Shown here: piece after piece, positions 18,120 to 24,941 of the stretch | Layout: the number at the start of each line of letters is the position of its first letter | How positions within the stretch are numbered: the first letter of the stretch is position 1 | Virus record (IMG/VR): IMGVR_UViG_3300028025_000090 | Length of the DNA stretch: 64,000 nucleotides | From: a virus | Reading direction: 5' to 3' (one strand) | Position numbers and translations under genes: made by a program | Notes under the pieces: model-generated | What the model was told of the DNA's origin: nothing | Databases searched by the model: none | Seen by the model: only the letters and a program-made list of their open reading frames with translations

Positions 18120-18222
18120 ACAGAGCGTCATCTAAATGCTAGGATTCTGGAACTGGGAGATATTCGTCTAAATTAGGACACCCGACATCAGACAATGAGA
18201 ATTTGCAACTCTCCGCTCTACC
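18120..18222 (+). ncRNA. Non-coding cassette, putative structured RNA
   Basis: Between two motifs, no ATG at the expected position; closed by AGAGCG/CGCTCT; contains tRNA D-arm-like CGTCTAAATTAGGACA. Confidence 0.45.
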
Positions 18223-18249
18223 TTTTAAAAACTAGAATAAACTGATACC

Positions 18250-18582
18250 ATGACCAACACCGACCTACAACAACCAAACGATCTATCAGACAAAGGCAAA
18301 CAAGCACATGCTGCAATCGTGGCATTTCTTGAGAAGCACAAGCTCACATACACAGGAGGATGCAAAGCGTTCTATTCCCCCAAAGAGTGGGAGGAAAGGA
18401 AAGAGGACTACGGATGCGATAGTGTGCTTGTCGTGGTGCATGATGGCGGCGATCACGGAGATGCTTTCTCTTATGATCGTGGGAATTACAAGATTCTTGA
18501 TAAGATGTATGAACTTCTGAAACCACTGGGATTTTACAGCGAACAATGCACCTGCTGGTATAGCGCAATCTACCTTGCTTAA
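18250..18582 (+). CDS. Phage hypothetical protein
   Basis: After motif; LVVVHDGGDH...CWYSAIY. Confidence 0.8.
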   Translation: MTNTDLQQPNDLSDKGKQAHAAIVAFLEKHKLTYTGGCKAFYSPKEWEERKEDYGCDSVLVVVHDGGDHGDAFSYDRGNYKILDKMYELLKPLGFYSEQCTCWYSAIYLA

Positions 18583-18606
18583 AAACTAAAATAAAATCAT
18601 AACGTC

Positions 18607-18888
18607 ATGAAAACAATCACATTACGCGAAGCATTTGAAATTCTTGAAAACGCCGCAGCAGTCATCATTGATGACACTGTAACATACCCAACACTTGATG
18701 ATTTAATTGGATCAGATGAAAACGAGTTCCTTCACATTGGCTGGGAGGTTGATGACTTAGGATACACCGCAATTTTTCAAGAAGGGGATAACCAATTCGT
18801 CAAAGTATCAGGATCGAGCCTTTTCATGGTAGATGATAGGGGGGAAGAAACACAAGTTTCTATTTTAATTCCTGCAAATCTTGCTTAA
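18607..18888 (+). CDS. Acidic hypothetical protein
   Basis: After motif. Confidence 0.75.
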   Translation: MKTITLREAFEILENAAAVIIDDTVTYPTLDDLIGSDENEFLHIGWEVDDLGYTAIFQEGDNQFVKVSGSSLFMVDDRGEETQVSILIPANLA

Positions 18889-18909
18889 AAACTAGACTAA
18901 CATTGAGCC

Positions 18910-19107
18910 ATGAAAGTTCGACCACTTGAAAATTACCGCCTGTATGGGACTGCTATTGTCCTTGACAACACGAAAGTTTACTCTGCTTCTCGTGCGGAGA
19001 ATCAGCCCAACTGGAAAGAAAAGGGATTGATTTTTGTGCATGAGTCAGATGATGATGATTGCGTAGGTATTCTTCTCTGTGCAGGGGAATACGAAGTTAA
19101 AAACTAG
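18910..19107 (+). CDS. Hypothetical protein
   Basis: After motif; ends EVKN*. Confidence 0.7.
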   Translation: MKVRPLENYRLYGTAIVLDNTKVYSASRAENQPNWKEKGLIFVHESDDDDCVGILLCAGEYEVKN

Positions 19108-19121
19108 ACTAACATTGAGCC

Positions 19122-19292
19122 ATGACAAAAGAACTACAAGAAAAACTAGAGGCTGCTCGCGCTGCTCGTGCTGCTGCTTATGCTGCTTATGTTGCTGCTC
19201 GCACTGATGCTGATGCTGCTCTTGATGCTTGGGCTGCTGCTGATGCTGCTTATGATGCTGCTCTTGCTGCTGCTGATGCTGTTAAAAACTAG
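19122..19292 (+). CDS. Ala-rich low-complexity protein, copy 1 (56 aa)
   Basis: MTKELQEKLEAARAARAAAYAAY...AVKN*; paralogue of 22721..22924. Confidence 0.7.
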   Translation: MTKELQEKLEAARAARAAAYAAYVAARTDADAALDAWAAADAAYDAALAAADAVKN

Positions 19293-19306
19293 ACTAACAT
19301 TGGGAC

Positions 19307-19465
19307 ATGAACCACCTCGTATTTATTATCCACAAAGGATTCGTAGCATATCGCATGAATGGTCAACAAGGTTCTCACCCTATCGGTGACGACACAGCGC
19401 AAAGCGTCATTGACTATCTCAAGAAAATGATCAAATTCAAAACATTCGAAATCATCAACCATTAA
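19307..19465 (+). CDS. Short hypothetical protein (52 aa)
   Basis: After motif; translated by hand. Confidence 0.6.
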   Translation: MNHLVFIIHKGFVAYRMNGQQGSHPIGDDTAQSVIDYLKKMIKFKTFEIINH

Positions 19466-19486
19466 AAACTAGATTAAACTTTAAAC

Positions 19487-19600
19487 ATGCAGGAATTATT
19501 TATACCATCACTCATTATGTCTTTCATAGCAATCGGTTCACGCCATATCTTGATCTATGCCATCGCAGCAATCATGTGGTATCTGACAATCATCGGGTAA
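19487..19600 (+). CDS. Short membrane peptide (37 aa)
   Basis: After motif; hydrophobic; ends TIIG*. Confidence 0.55.
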   Translation: MQELFIPSLIMSFIAIGSRHILIYAIAAIMWYLTIIG

Positions 19601-19647
19601 TTAAAAACTAGACTAAACTGATAACGTAACCAACACCAACATACAAT

Positions 19648-19869
19648 ATGAAATACATCGTCGCTCGCATTCACAATAACTCACTAGGTAGTGTTATTGA
19701 AGTTTCTTCTCAAGAAGAAGGAAAAGACATCATTCGCGGTATGGCTGAAGAACAATTCAATCGCCCTCTTACGGATGATGAAATTGACCACTTGGAAAAC
19801 AATCTGGAAATTTACAACGAAGAAGATTCTGATAATATCTTTTGTTTCTCACTCGGCATCATCGGGTAA
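19648..19869 (+). CDS. Acidic hypothetical protein
   Basis: Flanked by 52-bp direct repeat; ends GIIG*. Confidence 0.75.
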   Translation: MKYIVARIHNNSLGSVIEVSSQEEGKDIIRGMAEEQFNRPLTDDEIDHLENNLEIYNEEDSDNIFCFSLGIIG

Positions 19870-19920
19870 TTAAAAACTAGAATAGACTGATAACGTAACC
19901 AACACCAACTACTGACCACC

Positions 19921-20163
19921 ATGACAAACCAACAAATCATTACAAAATTCGTAAATGGAGCAACCACTGGCAAGAACTCCAATCGCTCTCTCTTTATTGA
20001 GGGTGATACCATCTACTCATATGGGTATCACTTCCCCCTCGCTCGTCGGAATAGCGATGGCACTTTCTGGGTAAATCCCGACAAGTATAGCGTCACCACC
20101 AGCAAGCAACAAGGCATGGTGCGCTACACAATCACCCGAAACGGGTCAAAATTTTCGGTGTAG
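19921..20163 (+). CDS. Phage hypothetical protein
   Basis: IYSYGYHFPLA...YSVTTSKQQ. Confidence 0.75.
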   Translation: MTNQQIITKFVNGATTGKNSNRSLFIEGDTIYSYGYHFPLARRNSDGTFWVNPDKYSVTTSKQQGMVRYTITRNGSKFSV

Positions 20164-20237
20164 TCATGGCAAGTCCCCTCTCTTTCGTGGTAGGAAGAGA
20201 GGGGCAACCTTTTTAAAAACTAGACTAGAATAACACC

Positions 20238-20546
20238 ATGACGCTAGAAGAACTTACCAAAAAACGAGATGATTTATATGTCAAAATCGCAGATGCTAAA
20301 GGCGATGAGTTGGATGGTTATTTCGATGAAGTGTGGAAAATTGAAGATCAGATCGAAGAGATCGAAAATCCCCCAATCCCCCCCTTGTCGATTGAATCTT
20401 TCGAGAGTGCATACAATGTCGAGCGAGAGTATGAACGTTTTCGGGATGAATATGGTGATGCCGCTGCACTTTATAGCGGGTATTTACGATATCATTACGA
20501 CACCTATTGCTTATTCCACAAGAAAGGCACTCGGTTCAGCTTTTAA
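20238..20546 (+). CDS. Acidic hypothetical protein
   Basis: After motif. Confidence 0.75.
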   Translation: MTLEELTKKRDDLYVKIADAKGDELDGYFDEVWKIEDQIEEIENPPIPPLSIESFESAYNVEREYERFRDEYGDAAALYSGYLRYHYDTYCLFHKKGTRFSF

Positions 20547-20567
20547 AAACTAGACTAAACTGTTACC

Positions 20568-20642
20568 ATGCCTGACATCACTGACCTATCCGACAACGAC
20601 ATCCAAGACCTGATTGACTTCATGCAAGGTGTGACAAAATGA
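20568..20642 (+). CDS. 24-aa peptide
   Basis: After motif; stop supplied by the 17-bp GACAAAATGAC site. Confidence 0.4.
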   Translation: MPDITDLSDNDIQDLIDFMQGVTK

Positions 20643-20692
20643 CGCACCTGAAAAAGCAATCCATTTAAAAACTAGCTTAAACTCTTACTACC

Positions 20693-21016
20693 ATGAAAAA
20701 CAATTGGAAACCAGTAATTAAATCGTTCTTCGCAATCGCTCTCAACCGTGGGTTCACTCTCCATACAGTGGACAATGGCGGGGGAGAGGATGTTCTCATG
20801 AACAGCATCAAAGAAGCTGTGGAAGAAGTCACTGCCACAGATGAGTCTCACGTGGTTCTAAAAGACCCTACTGGCAAGCGTGTGTGGTTCTATCTGGTTC
20901 TCGGCAATGAGCCATATGAAACGATCTGCAACTATTCCGTGCATGATCTAGCAGACAAGGTGCAAGAAGAGTTCTCAGACAAGTGGGAAGACAAACGATG
21001 CCCCCAGATCGCTTAA
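20693..21016 (+). CDS. Phage hypothetical protein
   Basis: After motif; YLVLGNEPYETICNYS. Confidence 0.8.
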   Translation: MKNNWKPVIKSFFAIALNRGFTLHTVDNGGGEDVLMNSIKEAVEEVTATDESHVVLKDPTGKRVWFYLVLGNEPYETICNYSVHDLADKVQEEFSDKWEDKRCPQIA

Positions 21017-21040
21017 AAACTAGACTAAAATCTTACTACC

Positions 21041-21244
21041 ATGACAGAACACACACAAGCAGTTGACAAAGCAATGGCTAAGTATCCAAAGGCAAAACGC
21101 ATCGCGGTGGAGAACTTCACCTTTGGGCAACAAGGGAAGGGGATGCCTTTCGGGGTCGCCATGAATCTGGATGCGGATGCCCGTTGCTATGGGTGGAAGC
21201 CCGACACCGTGAAAGCCATCAAGATGGTCTTGAATGGTCGATAA
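21041..21244 (+). CDS. Hypothetical protein
   Basis: After motif. Confidence 0.75.
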   Translation: MTEHTQAVDKAMAKYPKAKRIAVENFTFGQQGKGMPFGVAMNLDADARCYGWKPDTVKAIKMVLNGR

Positions 21245-21268
21245 AAACTAGACTAAACTGATTGCACC

Positions 21269-21433
21269 ATGACAAACCAATCACGCTACTCAATCCAAGT
21301 CACCTATCCAAGTGGAGTAATTGCCTACATGTCCTTTCGTGGACGAACGGAATGGTGCTATTCACAAGCCCGTCACCATCTGAAAACTTGGGTACATGTT
21401 CACGGGATCACCCCAAAGATTGTTAAAAACTAG
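21269..21433 (+). CDS. Short hypothetical protein (54 aa)
   Basis: After motif; ends IVKN*. Confidence 0.65.
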   Translation: MTNQSRYSIQVTYPSGVIAYMSFRGRTEWCYSQARHHLKTWVHVHGITPKIVKN

Positions 21434-21450
21434 AATAAACTGTTACTACC

Positions 21451-21738
21451 ATGACCACTAAAAAAGAAATCAAATTAAAAGACGGTTCAACGCTCGCCAA
21501 AGGCTTGCCAGTATCATTCATCGCTGGCAAGGATAGCCGTTGCCTAGTGCATTCTCCCGCTCATCCTGAGCCATTGCAAGTGCGCATCACAAGCGCATTC
21601 AAAGCACCTTCCATGGCTTCTCTGGAACGCTGGGGAATGGATGGCGTGTGCAAGACTCCCACGGGTAAGCGTGTCGAGCCTGATGGATATGGCAGCGATG
21701 GTAGCCCATCATGGCTGCTGGTTTTCGGACTCATCTAA
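21451..21738 (+). CDS. Phage hypothetical protein
   Basis: After motif; CKTPTGKRVEPDG...PSWLL. Confidence 0.8.
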   Translation: MTTKKEIKLKDGSTLAKGLPVSFIAGKDSRCLVHSPAHPEPLQVRITSAFKAPSMASLERWGMDGVCKTPTGKRVEPDGYGSDGSPSWLLVFGLI

Positions 21739-21798
21739 AAACTAGGGGGGAGCGCATCCCACACGCTCATTTAAAAACTAGAGTAAGCTGTTACTACC

Positions 21799-21963
21799 AT
21801 GAAATACAACGTAACTAACATTCAATGGGATACTGATGGTATCCCTAACAAATCCCTTCCGACAAGCATCACCATTGAAGTGGAAGATGAAGATGATGTG
21901 ATAGATGATCTTTCCGATGAATATGGCTTCTGCATATTCTCTGCTGACATTGAAGAAGCGTAA
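21799..21963 (+). CDS. Short acidic protein (54 aa)
   Basis: After motif; D/E-rich. Confidence 0.65.
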   Translation: MKYNVTNIQWDTDGIPNKSLPTSITIEVEDEDDVIDDLSDEYGFCIFSADIEEA

Positions 21964-21991
21964 TTAAAAACTAGACTAGACTGTTACTACC

Positions 21992-22264
21992 ATGACAACC
22001 ACACTTATTACTGGCAATACATATCCCGTCAAAGACCAAATCAAAGCTCTGGGAGGGCGATGGAACTCAGTCCGCAAAGGCTGGGAAGTCCCCTCAGATA
22101 ACGCTGGGGAAGCGCAAGCACTGGTCGATGGCGCACCACGCTCCAGCCGTAGCAGTGGCAACCGCTACGTGTCATACGAAGTCCGCACCAGCGGTGGCAC
22201 GTTCTATCGCAATTACAACGGACGTTGCGAGGATGCACCGTGCTGCGGATGCTGCACCTTTTAA
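21992..22264 (+). CDS. Phage hypothetical protein with Cys-rich tail
   Basis: TYPVKDQIKALGGRW...RCEDAPCCGCCTF. Confidence 0.8.
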   Translation: MTTTLITGNTYPVKDQIKALGGRWNSVRKGWEVPSDNAGEAQALVDGAPRSSRSSGNRYVSYEVRTSGGTFYRNYNGRCEDAPCCGCCTF

Positions 22265-22288
22265 AAACTAGACTAGACTGATCGTGTT

Positions 22289-22498
22289 ATGAAAATTCAC
22301 CTCGTTAAAAAAAGACATTGCTGGTTGGAATATCCACTTTTTGCTTTACAAGGTCTTTTCACTATTTTAGATGGTTTGATTATGTTGTTCTCTATGGGTT
22401 TTTTAATTTCCTCGTTTGCTCTCACTATCTGCAAAGTAAGAACTGAATTTCATTTCAAGCGACTGAAAAAGGAAAGGAAATTCCTTTCAAAACATTGA
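22289..22498 (+). CDS. Membrane protein, AT-rich inserted cassette
   Basis: Hydrophobic core; flanked by 23-bp direct repeat. Confidence 0.65.
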   Translation: MKIHLVKKRHCWLEYPLFALQGLFTILDGLIMLFSMGFLISSFALTICKVRTEFHFKRLKKERKFLSKH

Positions 22499-22720
22499 AC
22501 TGCGACTGATACACACTGCTGCACCTTTTAAAAACTAGAATAGACTGATACCATGACCACTAACACTTTATTCACTGTGGGCGGGATGGTTCTCGCCTAC
22601 GCAGTCACGCGAGACGCTGCCATTGCGATCTGCACCTTCGCTCGTCGCCCCGTTCGCTGGGGCGATGAATTGATCGGGGGAGAATACGCCATTTAAAAAC
22701 TAGCTTAAACTGATTACGTT

Positions 22721-22924
22721 ATGAAAAAAGAACTACAAGAAAAACTAGAGGCTGCTGCTTATGCTGCTTGGGCTGATGCTCTTGCTACTTATGATGCTGC
22801 TGATGATGATGCTGCTGATGCTGCTCGTGCTGCTCGTGCCGCTTATGCTGCTTCTCGTGCTGCTTCTCTTGCTGCTCTTGCTGCTGCTCGTGATGCTGCT
22901 GATGCTGCTCTTGCTGCGGTCTAA
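22721..22924 (+). CDS. Ala-rich low-complexity protein, copy 2
   Basis: MKKELQEKLEAAAYAAW...; after motif. Confidence 0.7.
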   Translation: MKKELQEKLEAAAYAAWADALATYDAADDDAADAARAARAAYAASRAASLAALAAARDAADAALAAV

Positions 22925-23086
22925 CAGATCGTGGGCTTTTAAAAACTAGCTTAAACTGATACTACCATGACACTTGATACCAACAAATGCAAGGGACTTC
23001 CGATGGGAGTCCGCAACCGCAAGCGCACAATCCTAACCAAGATCATCCGCTGGTTCGTTTAAAAACTAGACTAAACTGTTACTACC

Positions 23087-23293
23087 ATGAGACTTCAAAC
23101 CATCATCAATCAATTCAGTCTTCTCACGCGCATCTCCACCAGCGGCTGCACCATCGTGGAAGCACCTATCGGCACGGAGTATCGCCGCTATCTGTTTAAC
23201 CTTCAGGACTACGTGGTGACAGGCTGCGCTGGAGATATGGTGTGGCTTAGTCCGCGCCAAGGTTTCGGTGGTGGTGTCCCATATGGCAATTAA
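23087..23293 (+). CDS. Hypothetical protein
   Basis: After motif. Confidence 0.7.
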   Translation: MRLQTIINQFSLLTRISTSGCTIVEAPIGTEYRRYLFNLQDYVVTGCAGDMVWLSPRQGFGGGVPYGN

Positions 23294-23510
23294 AAACTAG
23301 CTTAAACTGTTACTACCATGAAAGTATATATTGCTTATGTCTGTGGCTACGCTTCCATCCGCGAGATGGGAACTGATAGCATTCTCCACACCTTCAATGG
23401 CAAGCGTTCTTTTGAACAGCATCTTGCCGAAGCGAAAAACATTGCCAGTTCCCGCCAGTGGGAACTGGTTTAAAAACTAGCTTAAACTGATTACGCAACC
23501 AATACCAATT

Positions 23511-23747
23511 ATGAGAAAAGGATACGGACCAACACACGTCAGCTACCACCTCCCCCTTGAGAGATTCACCGAGATGGTGAAGAACGGCATCAACATCGCT
23601 CAGGGAGTTGATGACAACAACAAGGTGCTTTACACCGCACTGCCAAAGAATTTATCGGAAAATTCAATTAAAAGAATTTTCGACGATGCGGATTGCGTCT
23701 GCTACCACGGAGGTGTTCAGATGATCATCCCCCGTCATCTTGCTTAA
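23511..23747 (+). CDS. Hypothetical protein
   Basis: After motif with slightly longer leader. Confidence 0.7.
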   Translation: MRKGYGPTHVSYHLPLERFTEMVKNGINIAQGVDDNNKVLYTALPKNLSENSIKRIFDDADCVCYHGGVQMIIPRHLA

Positions 23748-23807
23748 AGACTAGGGGGGAGCGCATCCTACACGCTCATTTAAAAACTAGAGTAAACTGT
23801 TACTACC

Positions 23808-24020
23808 ATGATTACTGTATTGACCATCGAAGACCTTAAAGCAATCGTCGCCAAAACATCCCCGCGCCTTAGTGCGCTCGGAATCGTGTACGCAATCATC
23901 AATGATGATACTGATGAAGAAGTCACAAGCCGATATCCCACAATTGAAGAAGCGTGGGATGAGTTCAAAAAAACTTGGGTTGTCGGGACGTTCACCGTTC
24001 TCACAATCTATAGATCCTGA
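23808..24020 (+). CDS. Hypothetical protein
   Basis: After motif. Confidence 0.7.
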   Translation: MITVLTIEDLKAIVAKTSPRLSALGIVYAIINDDTDEEVTSRYPTIEEAWDEFKKTWVVGTFTVLTIYRS

Positions 24021-24049
24021 TTAAAAAACTAGACTAAACTGTTACTACC

Positions 24050-24289
24050 ATGAATACCATGACACACACCGCCACCACCGCCGACAAGAACTTCATCGTT
24101 GCCTTCCACGACTGGCAAGGCAATCGCCATACAGTGCAAGTCAAAGCTTCCGATAAAACGTCCGCATACGATGCGGCGTGGAAATGGATTGAGGAAAATC
24201 GCGGCGACCAACTCGAAATTGAGTTTGCGGGTGTTAAAGAGATTTTCTATCTCAAGGACATCATCGCAGAAGCACTGGCTGCAAATTAA
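24050..24289 (+). CDS. Hypothetical protein
   Basis: After motif. Confidence 0.75.
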   Translation: MNTMTHTATTADKNFIVAFHDWQGNRHTVQVKASDKTSAYDAAWKWIEENRGDQLEIEFAGVKEIFYLKDIIAEALAAN

Positions 24290-24309
24290 AAAACTAGAGT
24301 AAACTAGCT

Positions 24310-24405
24310 CTGTCAACCCCTTCCAACTATCGCGAAGGGTCAACCTGAACCATCAACTACCCCGTCTCTCCCGACTACAGGGAGGGGCGGGGCAACCAAT
24401 CTGCT
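24310..24405 (+). ncRNA. Non-coding cassette with two GC-rich hairpins
   Basis: Between two motifs, no ATG; CCCTTC/GAAGGG and CCCCGTCTCTCCC/GGGAGGGGCGGGG stems. Confidence 0.5.
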
Positions 24406-24435
24406 TTTAAAAAACTAGAGTAGACTGCTACTACC

Positions 24436-24654
24436 ATGAATTACATCACTCCAGAATACGACTTCACAGGACGCTGCACTCCATCGGAGGAAGCACAACG
24501 CAAGGAAGCGCAAGCGTTCGCCGCCTATCGCGAAAAGGAAGAAGCTAAAAAATTCAAGGTGCGCGATGCCTTCGGGTTCTCCCGCTACGCCACCTTGGAA
24601 GAAGCGCAAGCGTTCGCCGCCACCCTCAAGAATGCAGAGATCATCATCCTATAA
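24436..24654 (+). CDS. Hypothetical protein with internal EAQAFAA duplication
   Basis: After motif; 21-bp GAAGCGCAAGCGTTCGCCGCC occurs twice. Confidence 0.7.
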   Translation: MNYITPEYDFTGRCTPSEEAQRKEAQAFAAYREKEEAKKFKVRDAFGFSRYATLEEAQAFAATLKNAEIIIL

Positions 24655-24683
24655 TTAAAAAACTAGACTAAACTCTTACTACC

Positions 24684-24929
24684 ATGACCACCATGAACAC
24701 CACCTGCCTTATCAATCGTGCCGTTCTCGACGGATCATCAGGGTATCAAACTCAAGAAGTGATTGCCGAAGTCAATCATCTCGGACATCTTGTAGAGATT
24801 GTCTTCGAGTCGGGATGCTTCACTCGACTTCTGCCTGATGAAGTTTATGACCTTATTGATGACGGTGAAGTTCACTTCACTGATGCGAACCACGGTGGTT
24901 CGCGAGTCATCACACTCGGTTGGATCTAA
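24684..24929 (+). CDS. Hypothetical protein (last cassette)
   Basis: After motif. Confidence 0.75.
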   Translation: MTTMNTTCLINRAVLDGSSGYQTQEVIAEVNHLGHLVEIVFESGCFTRLLPDEVYDLIDDGEVHFTDANHGGSRVITLGWI

Positions 24930-24941
24930 CATCTAACATCT

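Larger units (their letters stand above)
16478..20646 (+). promoter_or_regulatory. Four copies of 17-bp YGYGACAAAATGACRCA site (16478, 16775, 16797, 20630)
   Basis: Near-identical copies read directly; function inferred (operator/iteron-like). Confidence 0.6.
21742..23811 (+). repeat. Two copies (21742-21802, 23751-23811) of a 61-bp empty mini-cassette: CTAG-G5-hairpin-motif-leader
   Basis: 2 mismatches in 61 bp; hairpin GAGCG-catccYaca-CGCTC. Confidence 0.85.

Noticed and set aside
19168-22949. Leu/Met-rich ORFs 19168..19389 and 22761..22949
   Set aside because: Shifted frames of the GCT-repeat Ala-rich genes; the Ala frame starts at the motif
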